From NCBI GenBank assembly GCA_036845585.1, contig DAIUDO010000002.1, forward strand, positions 1 through 39,326: DNA of 39,326 nucleotides, in the 5' to 3' direction. A model generated the notes under the pieces. That model did no database searches. It worked only from the letters and a program-made list of their open reading frames with translations, and was not told the origin of the DNA. Shown here one piece after another: positions 26,450-34,038 of the stretch (its first letter is position 1; each line of letters starts with the position of its first letter). This stretch comes from Meiothermus sp. Its GTDB lineage: Bacteria > Deinococcota > Deinococci > Deinococcales > Thermaceae. The position numbers and the translations under genes were made by a program.

Positions 26450-28924
26450 TCAAGATGATCTGGGCTTGGTTTTTCGGGTGGGCTCTGCTTTCCAGGGGTC
26501 GTCGGGCCAGGGATGCTTGGGGTAGCGGCCCCGCAGTTCCTTGCGCAGCTCGGGGTAGGTGTGGTTCCAGAAGCTTTCGAGATCCTGCGTTACCTGGATG
26601 GGCCGCTGGGCGGGGGAGAGCAGGTGCAGTAGGACGGGTGTTCGGCCCTGGTTGACGCACGGTGTCTTGGCCAGGCCGAACAACTCTTGCAGCTTTACGG
26701 CCAGCACCGGAGGGCTGCCATCGGGGGCGTAACGGAGCCGGATGCGTGAGCCGCTGGGCACCCGCAGATGGGTGGGGGCCAGTTCCTCCAGCCGGGCTTG
26801 AAGAGGCCAGGGTAGCTGGCTTTGCAGCAGGCTGGCCAGCTCGAGCCGGGCGAAGTCCTCGCGCCGCCAGACGTCTTCCAGCCAGGGGGCGAGCCAGTCT
26901 TCCAGGGTTTGCAGCAGATAGGCATCGCTTAGGTCGGGCCAGCCCTCCTCGGGCCGCCAGCAGCGCAGGCTCAGTACGCGAGCCTGCCACTGGCGTAGCC
27001 CTTCGCTCCAGGCTAGCAGGCCCAGCCCCTCCGAGCGCACCACCCGGCAGAGCACCTCGGTGCGCTTCTGGATGGGAATCTCCCGCAAAGGCTGGCTGGA
27101 GAGTACCACCTCCCCGACGTGCCGCTCGCGCTGGGCTAGCAGCACCCCCTGCCGGCCATCCCAGGCCAGGAATTCGCGGGTGCTGGCCAGGGGTTCCAGA
27201 TCCTGCGGCTGCACCGGCGCAGCCAGGAAGATGCGGCCCTCCTCCCGGCCTGCGTCTAGGTGGGCTACCGCAAGCCAGGGGCTGCCCCCCAGTCCGTCGT
27301 CCTGTAGTAGCCGCACCCCGCGCCCCCCTGCCAGGCGGTAGCGCAGCCGTTCACCCTCCCTCAGGCGGGCGATGCGGTCGGGGTAGGCCCGCGCTACCAG
27401 CCGGCCTGCGGCGTAGGGGTCGGGCGGGGTGTTGTCGGGAGGCACCCCCAAGCGCTCGCGCCACTGGCGACTCAGCTGCTCGAGGCGGGCCAGGGTGGCT
27501 GGCTCGGCTCCGGGCTGGGCCTGGCGCGTAGACCGCCAGCGGCGCAGGGCCAGCAGCCGCAAGGTGAGGTCGGCCTCGAGGGTGTCCAGAGGATCTCGCT
27601 CCTCCAAGATGGCGGCCAGGTCGGCGGCCAGGGCACCCTGCCCGGTGCTGGCCCCCTCCAAAAGCAGGTGAGCCAGGCGGGGGTGGGTGGGCCAGGCCAG
27701 CAGGGCCCGTCCCCGCTCGGTCAGGCGGCCTGCTTCCAGGGCCCCCAGGGTCTCCAGTAGCTCGCGGGCCTGTCGCAGGGCTCCTGCGGGCGGCGGCGTG
27801 ACCCAGGTCAGGGCATTGGGGTCTTGCACTCCCCACTGGGCCAGCTCGAGCACCAGCGCAGCCAGGTCGGCCTCCAGTATCTCGGGCCGGTTCTCGGCCT
27901 GGAGCAGGGCCTGGGTGGCCGGGCTCCACAGCCGGTAGCAGACACCCGGCCCCAGGCGCCCGGCCCGCCCGGCCCGCTGGTCGGCGGAAGCGCGGGTCAC
28001 CCGTGAGGTTTCCAAACGGCTCAGCCCGCTCCTGGGGTCGAAGCGGGCCACCCGGGTGTAACCCGAATCCACCACCACCCCAATACCCTCGATGGTAAGG
28101 CTGGTCTCGGCGATCGAGGTGGAGAGCACTATCCTGCGCTGCCGGGGGTCGGGTCGGATGGCCTCCTGCTGGGCCGAGAGGGGCAGGTCGCCATAGAGCG
28201 GGGCGAGCCTCACCCCGGGGTAGCGCCCGGCCAGCAGACGCTCGGTCTGGCGAATCTCGCTGGTTCCTGGCAAAAAGACCAGTACATCCCCCGGCTGCTC
28301 GGCCAGAGCCCGTTCCACGGCCCCAGCCACCACCCCTGGCAGGGAGCCTTCGGGGTCTTTGGGCAGGTAGCGCAGCTCCACCGGATAGGCCCGCCCCTGG
28401 GCCTGCAGCAGGGGAGCGGCCAGCAGGTGGCTCAGAGCCAGGCCCTCCAGGTTGGCCGACATCAAAAGCAGCCGTAGGTCTTCGCGCAGGGCCTCCTGTA
28501 CTTCCAAGCACAGCGCCAGGGCCAGGTCGGCCTGCAGACTGCGCTCGTGAAATTCATCGAAGATGACCAGCCCCACCCCCTCCAAGCCAGGGTTGTGCTG
28601 CAGGCGGCGGGTCAGGATGCCCTCGGTGAGCACCTCGAGGCGGGTTTGCGGCCCCACCCGGCTCTCGAAGCGCACCCGGTAACCCACGGTTTGCCCGAGC
28701 TCCTCCCCCAGCTGCTCCGCCATGCGGGCGGCCACGCTGCGGGCGGCCAGCCGGCGGGGCTCGAGCATCCAGATTTTCTGCCCCTTCAGCCAGGGCGCCC
28801 GCAGCAGCTCCAGCGGCAGTACCGTGCTCTTGCCCGCACCCGGCGGGGCCTGCAACACAGCCCGGCGGTGCTGGCTGAGCGCCTCCTGCAGCGCGGGTAG
28901 AACCTGGTGGATGGGCAGCTCCAT
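26450..28924 (-). CDS. hrpB: ATP-dependent RNA helicase HrpB
   Basis: APPGAGKST, EPRRLAAR, DEFHERS, MSAN (usually MSAT), STSIAETSLTIEG, QRAGRAGR, C-terminal RGRYPKHPWP. Confidence 0.95.
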   Translation of the reverse strand: MELPIHQVLPALQEALSQHRRAVLQAPPGAGKSTVLPLELLRAPWLKGQKIWMLEPRRLAARSVAARMAEQLGEELGQTVGYRVRFESRVGPQTRLEVLTEGILTRRLQHNPGLEGVGLVIFDEFHERSLQADLALALCLEVQEALREDLRLLLMSANLEGLALSHLLAAPLLQAQGRAYPVELRYLPKDPEGSLPGVVAGAVERALAEQPGDVLVFLPGTSEIRQTERLLAGRYPGVRLAPLYGDLPLSAQQEAIRPDPRQRRIVLSTSIAETSLTIEGIGVVVDSGYTRVARFDPRSGLSRLETSRVTRASADQRAGRAGRLGPGVCYRLWSPATQALLQAENRPEILEADLAALVLELAQWGVQDPNALTWVTPPPAGALRQARELLETLGALEAGRLTERGRALLAWPTHPRLAHLLLEGASTGQGALAADLAAILEERDPLDTLEADLTLRLLALRRWRSTRQAQPGAEPATLARLEQLSRQWRERLGVPPDNTPPDPYAAGRLVARAYPDRIARLREGERLRYRLAGGRGVRLLQDDGLGGSPWLAVAHLDAGREEGRIFLAAPVQPQDLEPLASTREFLAWDGRQGVLLAQRERHVGEVVLSSQPLREIPIQKRTEVLCRVVRSEGLGLLAWSEGLRQWQARVLSLRCWRPEEGWPDLSDAYLLQTLEDWLAPWLEDVWRREDFARLELASLLQSQLPWPLQARLEELAPTHLRVPSGSRIRLRYAPDGSPPVLAVKLQELFGLAKTPCVNQGRTPVLLHLLSPAQRPIQVTQDLESFWNHTYPELRKELRGRYPKHPWPDDPWKAEPTRKTKPRSS

Positions 28925-28982
28925 AAACCCCAGGTATTTTCGCACAGGCAAACCGCTCAAGGGCTGCTACCTTGAGGCCAGG

Positions 28983-29246
28983 ATGCTGGTTCTGTGGTTC
29001 TTGTTTGCACTGCTGGCGGCATTATCTGCCGCAAAGCTGATCCGCCGTCCCAGCTTTTGGCGCACCGAAACCCCAGCTCTCGTCGAGGTGCTGGGGGTCT
29101 GGCTGATCCTGACCCTTGTGATGATGGGCAGTTTGATAGGCCTGACCGCGATGATAGGTGGTCTGATGGGCCTTACCGAAGCAAGGTTGCCCATTGTGGC
29201 CGGCGCGAAACCCGGCGTGGGTGGCGGTGTGGTGAGCTGGGTGTAG
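28983..29246 (+). CDS. small hypothetical membrane protein (87 aa)
   Basis: Two hydrophobic segments; divergent from hrpB. Confidence 0.45.
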   Translation: MLVLWFLFALLAALSAAKLIRRPSFWRTETPALVEVLGVWLILTLVMMGSLIGLTAMIGGLMGLTEARLPIVAGAKPGVGGGVVSWV

Positions 29247-29325
29247 AGTCCAAGAAACGCGTTACGTATTTTTCTTGTCGGATTTGGACATTCCCGGCTC
29301 TGGGTAAAGGCTATCAATAAATCGT

Positions 29326-29523
29326 ATGAGCAGAATGGTTGACTATACCCTATGGGCCCAAAGCTTTATCAAAGCCCGCCGGGTGGTGGCGGTGCGCCTT
29401 GACGAGGAACGGGGCGAGTATGAGGCCATCAGTGAGACCGGCTCGAGCTATCCCCTGGAGCGCCTCGAGCAAGCCCAAACACTGTTGCGAGTTTTGCAGG
29501 AGTCCCAGCCCCAGCAAGCCTGA
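29326..29523 (+). CDS. hypothetical protein (65 aa)
   Basis: Isolated ORF with host-like codon usage after an AT-rich upstream region. Confidence 0.6.
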   Translation: MSRMVDYTLWAQSFIKARRVVAVRLDEERGEYEAISETGSSYPLERLEQAQTLLRVLQESQPQQA

Positions 29524-29682
29524 GGGGCGTGGTGGGGCCGTTCTTGGAAGCTTACTTGCTCCTGAGCGACCCACACGATCAAACAGCACAGCCTCGAAAA
29601 ATTTATATGGAGCACCTAGTTTGGTGTGACGGGCTCTAATCGCCAATCGGGGCAGGCGAGCAGGCCACATTAGTATTAGGGT

Positions 29683-30873
29683 GTGGAGTATCTGGCTTAT
29701 CCGGCATTGTTCCTGACCTATCTGGGCCTGGGCCTGGGTTACTGGCCCGGTTACCGCATGAACCGGGCGGCCATCGCGCTTACCGGGGCGGCCTTCCTGA
29801 TCGCCCTGGGGGTATTGGACTTCGCGGCTGCCTGGCAGGCTTTGGAGCCGCATACCCTGGCCTTTTTGTTTGGGGTGATGGTGCTCAACGCCCACCTGGG
29901 CTACGCGGGGTTTTTCCAGCTGGCCCTGGATCGCCTGCTGCACCTGGCCCGCACCCCTCTGGGCCTGCTGGTCTGGCTGACCTACGGCACCGGGCTGCTC
30001 TCGGCGCTGTTTCTCAACGACACCATCGCTATCCTCTTCACCCCGCTGGTGCTGGCCCTGACCCGGGCCCTGGGTCTGCCCCCGGTGCCGTACCTGCTGG
30101 CCCTGGCAGGGGCCACCAACCTGGGCAGCGTGGCCACCCTAACCGGCAACCCGCAGAACATCGTGGTGGGAAGCCTGTCCAGGATCGGCTACCTCGAGTT
30201 CGCCCAGGCCCTGGCCCCGGTGGCCCTGCTGGGGCTTTCCTTGCAGGTAGCCCTGCTTTACGTGCTCTACCCGGCGGTGCGCTCGAGGGCCCCCCTACCT
30301 CCCCTGCCCTCCCTTCGCTTCCGCCTGCACCGGGCCCTGCTGGCTAAGGGGGTCTGGGTTACCCTGGCCCTGCTGGCGGCCTTTCTGCTAGGCTACCCGC
30401 TGGCCCAGGGGGCGCTGGTGGCAGCGGGGTTTTTGCTGTTGAGCCGACGGCTTCGCTCCGAGCGGTTTTTCATGCGGGTGGACTGGGAGCTGCTGGTGCT
30501 GTTCGCTGGTTTGTTTATGGTTACCGCAGCGGTGAAGAAGCTGGGCCTGCTGGCCCCTTTGGAGGCCCTGGCCACCGCCCCGGCAAGCCTGGCCGGGGTC
30601 ACCGCCCTGCTCTCCAACCTCATCTCCAACGTCCCGGCGGTGCTGCTGCTTTACCCGCTGATTCCCCAAGACGACACCCAGGGCTGGTTGCTGCTGGCCG
30701 CGGCCTCCACCCTGGCCGGCAACCTGACCCTGCTGGGCTCGGTGGCCAACCTGATCGTGGCCGAGGCCGCCCGGCGGGAGGGCTGCCGGCTGGGCTTTTT
30801 CGAGCACCTGCGCTTCGGCCTGCCCCTTACGCTCCTGACCCTGCTTCTGGCCTATGCCTGGATTTACCGTTAG
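29683..30873 (+). CDS. ArsB/CitM/NhaD-superfamily anion transporter
   Basis: SALFLNDT, TNLGSVATLTGNPQN, SNLISNVPA, STLAGNLTLLGSVAN. Confidence 0.88.
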   Translation: MEYLAYPALFLTYLGLGLGYWPGYRMNRAAIALTGAAFLIALGVLDFAAAWQALEPHTLAFLFGVMVLNAHLGYAGFFQLALDRLLHLARTPLGLLVWLTYGTGLLSALFLNDTIAILFTPLVLALTRALGLPPVPYLLALAGATNLGSVATLTGNPQNIVVGSLSRIGYLEFAQALAPVALLGLSLQVALLYVLYPAVRSRAPLPPLPSLRFRLHRALLAKGVWVTLALLAAFLLGYPLAQGALVAAGFLLLSRRLRSERFFMRVDWELLVLFAGLFMVTAAVKKLGLLAPLEALATAPASLAGVTALLSNLISNVPAVLLLYPLIPQDDTQGWLLLAAASTLAGNLTLLGSVANLIVAEAARREGCRLGFFEHLRFGLPLTLLTLLLAYAWIYR

Positions 30874-31501
30874 GCTCGAGGCCCGCCTTTGGGCCGTGGC
30901 CCAGGAGATTCGGGCCGGGACCTACGCCGATATCGGGGCCGACCACGCCCTGCTGCCGCGCTACCTGCTTCAGACCGGCCGGGTGCGCTGGGCGATTGCG
31001 GTGGAGAAGAGTCGGGGGCCCTGGGAGAACGCCCGGCGGGCCTTGCAGGGCCTGCCTGCCGAGGTGCGCCTGGGGGATGGCCTCGCACCCTTGGCCCCGG
31101 GGGAGGTAGAGGTTCTGAGCCTCTGCGGGATGGGGGCCCGGCGCATGGTGGGCATCCTCTCGGCCCACCCCGAGCGGCTTCCTTCCCGGATCGTCCTCCA
31201 GCCCAACGACGCTGCCGAGCCATTGCGCCGCTGGGCGGTGGCGGCCGGTTTCGGTCTGGTTAACGAGCAGATGGTGGAGGGCTTTTGGCGCTACACCGTT
31301 TTGACCCTAGAAAAAGGGCCCAGCCCGGTCTACGAGGGCCTGCCCCTTGCGTTGGCCCTGCGCTACGGGCCGATCCTGCTCCGGCAGAAGCACCCCCTGC
31401 TCAGGGCTGCGCTTGAGGAGCGGTTGGCCTACCTATGCCGGCTTAGGCCGGGCCACCCCGAGCTGGCCTGGCTCGAGCGGGCCCTGGCCCTGCTGGACTA
31501 G
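30854..31501 (+). CDS. trmK: tRNA (adenine(22)-N1)-methyltransferase
   Basis: RLWAVA, ADIGADHALLP, RLGDGL, CGMGA, VLQPN. Confidence 0.85.
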   Translation: MPGFTVRLEARLWAVAQEIRAGTYADIGADHALLPRYLLQTGRVRWAIAVEKSRGPWENARRALQGLPAEVRLGDGLAPLAPGEVEVLSLCGMGARRMVGILSAHPERLPSRIVLQPNDAAEPLRRWAVAAGFGLVNEQMVEGFWRYTVLTLEKGPSPVYEGLPLALALRYGPILLRQKHPLLRAALEERLAYLCRLRPGHPELAWLERALALLD

Positions 31502-31971
31502 TGCGGCAGCCGACGCTGCACCAGGCCGTAGACGTAGGTGCCCAGCAAGGCCCCCAGCAGGATGACCAAGGCTCCGGCGTGGCCGCTGCCCAGCAGGGCG
31601 TAGATGGGACCTGGGCAGGCTCCCACCAGCCCCCAGCCCAGCCCGAAGACCAGCCCGCCCAAAAGGTAGCGGTAGCGGCCCGGCTCGCTGGGCCGCACCG
31701 CCAGGGGTTCGCCCCCAGAGGCGCGCACCCCCAGCCGGCGCAAAAGCCAGAGGGAAAAAGCCCCGGTGAGCACCGCGCTGCCGATCACCCCGTACATGTG
31801 GAACGACTCGAAGCGGAACATCTCGTAGATGCGGTACCAGGAGGCGATCTCCGAGCGGATGGCCACGAAGCCAAAAAACGCCCCGGCCAGCAGGTAGGGC
31901 AGGTAAGCCCCCAGGGAGATGGGTCTGCTGCTGGTTTCCGGTTTGAACTCATCGGGAATGGGCAGGGCCAT
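31498..31971 (-). CDS. YeeE/YedE family sulfur-compound transporter subunit
   Basis: SWYRIYEMFRFESFHMYGVIG, FGLGWGLVGACPGP. Confidence 0.88.
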   Translation of the reverse strand: MALPIPDEFKPETSSRPISLGAYLPYLLAGAFFGFVAIRSEIASWYRIYEMFRFESFHMYGVIGSAVLTGAFSLWLLRRLGVRASGGEPLAVRPSEPGRYRYLLGGLVFGLGWGLVGACPGPIYALLGSGHAGALVILLGALLGTYVYGLVQRRLPH

Positions 31972-31974
31972 ACC

Positions 31975-32535
31975 TCACCTTAACCAGGCCAGCAGCCAGG
32001 GCAGGAGCCAGCGGGCCGAGACCAGCCCACCCAAAAAGAAACCGACAGTGGCCACAAGCGAGGGCCACTGCAGGGCAGAAAGCCCGGTGATGGCGTGGCC
32101 CGAGGTGCAGCCCGCCGCCCAGCGGGCGCCGAAGCCGATCAAAAAGCCGCCTATCAGCAAGAACAAAAACCCCTCCGGGCGCAGCACAGCAGACCAGGAG
32201 AAAAGTTCCTGGGGTAGGAAGCCCGAGTCGGGTGGAAGCCCTAAGCCCTCGAGGGCTGCTTGGGTCTTGGGGTTGAGGTTTACCTCCGGGAGACCGAGCC
32301 ACACTCCCGCCATAAACCCCCCCAGCGCGATACCCAGTACAAAGGCCAGGTTCCAGCCCTCGGCCCGCCAGTCATAGCGGAAGAAAGGGAGCCGGCTGCC
32401 CATGGCCGCGCAGATATGGCGCAGGGAGGAGGAGATGCCAAAACGCCGGTTGCCCAGCAAAAGGAGCAGGGGCACCATCAGGCCAATCACCGGGCCGGCC
32501 ACGTACCAGGGCCAGGTTTGGATGAGCCATTCCAT
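31975..32535 (-). CDS. YeeE/YedE family sulfur-compound transporter subunit
   Basis: [35 protein letters not shown]. Confidence 0.88.
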   Translation of the reverse strand: MEWLIQTWPWYVAGPVIGLMVPLLLLLGNRRFGISSSLRHICAAMGSRLPFFRYDWRAEGWNLAFVLGIALGGFMAGVWLGLPEVNLNPKTQAALEGLGLPPDSGFLPQELFSWSAVLRPEGFLFLLIGGFLIGFGARWAAGCTSGHAITGLSALQWPSLVATVGFFLGGLVSARWLLPWLLAWLR

Positions 32536-32664
32536 GGTTGTTCATCATGGAGATAAAAGTTGATAAAGATTGTAAACTAACCTGCAAACGTGTGTAGAAC
32601 ACATTCCAGAGGGTTGTGTGGAGTTTGGCTGTTCTAGACTTGGGTAGCCTGCCCGTTTCGTTGT

Positions 32665-33315
32665 TCACCCGCCTCTGGCATTGGTCAGGATTTGAAGCAC
32701 CTCCTCCGGTGAATCCACAACGGTCACAAGGTCTAAATCGTCGGCTTCTATGGCCCCCGAGCGCAGCATGGTGCTGCGCATCCAGTCCAGCAAGCCGCTC
32801 CAATAGCCGCGGTCCAGGGCAAAAATGGGGAAAGGATGTACCTTGCCGGTCTGAACCAGCACCAGCACTTCGGCCAGTTCATCAAGGGTGCCGAAACCAC
32901 CAGGCATGAGCACAAATGCCCGGGCATAGCGTACCAGCATCAGCTTGCGGGCGAAAAAATAACGGAAGCTCAGGCTGTGGGTCTGGAAGGGGTTGGCCTT
33001 TTGTTCGTGCGGTAGCTGGATATTAAGACCCACCGAGATGCCGCCCGCATTGTAGGCCCCACGGTTGGCGGCCTCCATCAACCCCGGCCCGCCTCCCGTC
33101 ACCACGCCATACCCTGCCTCGGCCAGACGCTGCCCCAGCAGCAGGGCCTGACCATATAGCGGGTTGTCCGAGCCAAAACGCGCCGAACCAAACACCGTGA
33201 CCAGCGGTACTCCCAGCCCACCCAAAACTTCAAACCCTTCTACAATCTCGGCCATGATGCGCCACAACCGCCAGGAGTCCTGGTGTTGCAACAAGTCAAT
33301 TTCCGGTTGGGTCAT
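32665..33315 (-). CDS. LOG family protein (TIGR00730 Rossmann-fold phosphoribohydrolase)
   Basis: VFGSAR, TGGGPGLMEAANRGA, FFARK, PGGFGTLDE. Confidence 0.92.
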   Translation of the reverse strand: MTQPEIDLLQHQDSWRLWRIMAEIVEGFEVLGGLGVPLVTVFGSARFGSDNPLYGQALLLGQRLAEAGYGVVTGGGPGLMEAANRGAYNAGGISVGLNIQLPHEQKANPFQTHSLSFRYFFARKLMLVRYARAFVLMPGGFGTLDELAEVLVLVQTGKVHPFPIFALDRGYWSGLLDWMRSTMLRSGAIEADDLDLVTVVDSPEEVLQILTNARGG

Positions 33316-33578
33316 GGCTCCACTTTAAGGCCTGCACGCTGCTACCCAGAGCGCTTCTAAGAATGAATTCCGCACTCCAGGAGAGCCGTGGAGCTGTACA
33401 GAACTCGTTTTTTTGCACATGGAAGATTCCCAATTGGGACGGACCCATACCGATCTGCCCGCACAGCTTTCGCAGAAACCGCGCAGGCCTACCGCCGCCG
33501 CAGGCAGCGGCGTGCACCGAATAGGGGCCATCGCTCAGGCCATAACCTAGCCGACACACTCTTAGTTTTCGCGAGCGG

Positions 33579-33725
33579 CAAACACAGAGGGAGCCGCGTT
33601 GACACTCCCACATAAAGCACGTGGGATTCTTGGGCTCACCACTGCGCCTGGTATGGGCGTCTTACACGGTGATGTACGGCATTTCAACCGTCTTCAGGCG
33701 TGGCTTCCCGTGTGCCCCACGGCAG
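33579..33725 (-). ncRNA. TnpB-type omega-RNA (reRNA) scaffold plus flanking guide
   Basis: CCGTGGGGCACACGGGAAGCCACGCCTG...GTAAGACGCC-CATACCA-GGCGCAGTGGTG...AAGAATCCCAC..GTGGGAGTGTCAA. GGCAC can pseudoknot with the terminal GTGTC. The putative guide CGCGGCTCCCTCTGTGTTTG follows. Confidence 0.65.
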
Positions 33726-33881
33726 GGGAATCGAATTCCCGATAGACGCTTTACCACACAAGCCACCCACCGTGCTATGTCCGCCAGAGGCGGACGTGGG
33801 GGAGTCCACGCTTTGCCTTGGCGAGGCGACCATTCCTGAAGGGGATGGGTTTTATAGCTCCCCCACACCCCCTCGCTTTTT
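33599..33881 (-). mobile_element. non-autonomous IS200/IS605-family mini-element (left end, omega-RNA, right end; no tnpA or tnpB)
   Basis: Minus strand ends AAGAATCCCACGTGCTTTATGTGGGAGTGTCAA (subterminal hairpin plus TCAA). At the other end, GCGAGG..CCATCCCCTTCAGGAATGG..CCTCGC resembles a left-end hairpin. The left boundary is less certain. Confidence 0.72.
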
Positions 33882-33887
33882 ATAATC

Positions 33888-33917
33888 TTGACAACCTTGG
33901 TGCAAGGCTATTACCAT
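33888..33917 (+). promoter_or_regulatory. sigma70 promoter of the lysine operon
   Basis: TTGACA (33888-33893)-18-TACCAT (33912-33917). Confidence 0.65.
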
Positions 33918-33925
33918 TGCACGGG

Positions 33926-33970
33926 ATGATCTTAAGTGCAAAAAAACCCAGTGCCGGGGGGCTAGTCTGA
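33926..33970 (+). CDS. lysine operon leader peptide (MILSAKKPSAGGLV)
   Basis: 14-codon ORF with tandem AAA AAA codons, between the promoter and the terminator upstream of hcs. Confidence 0.75.
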   Translation: MILSAKKPSAGGLV

Positions 33971-33995
33971 GCTAGTCCGCGCGTCCGCGTTTCCC

Positions 33996-34026
33996 GGCCC
34001 GCACAACGCTTGCGGGCTCTTTTTTT
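33996..34026 (+). terminator. attenuator (intrinsic terminator)
   Basis: GGCCCGCA-CAACGCT-TGCGGGCT followed by CTTTTTTT, 12 nt before the hcs start. Confidence 0.85.
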
Positions 34027-34038
34027 ATTGAGGATTCT

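Noticed and set aside
26079..26458. Short ORFs or a CRISPR-like array in the VWA-hrpB gap
   Set aside because: Only two 13-bp repeats 29 bp apart, no regular spacers and no cas genes. The ORFs lack coding features.
33579..33598. A second, in-window target for the omega-RNA guide
   Set aside because: I found no convincing match by eye; only short partial hits such as GGGAGCCG near 32387. A computational search is needed.
33810..33840. Plus-strand TTGGCGAGGCGACCATT resembling the 3' end of HEARO/IscB omega-RNA
   Set aside because: No iscB ORF follows and the other HEARO motifs are absent. It is better explained as the IS605 left end on the minus strand.
33296..33885. Short ORFs in the LOG-hcs intergenic region (33388-33615, 33621-33839, 33662-33868 etc.)
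   Set aside because: Atypical composition, no RBS, no TnpA or TnpB motifs, and they overlap a structured mobile element.
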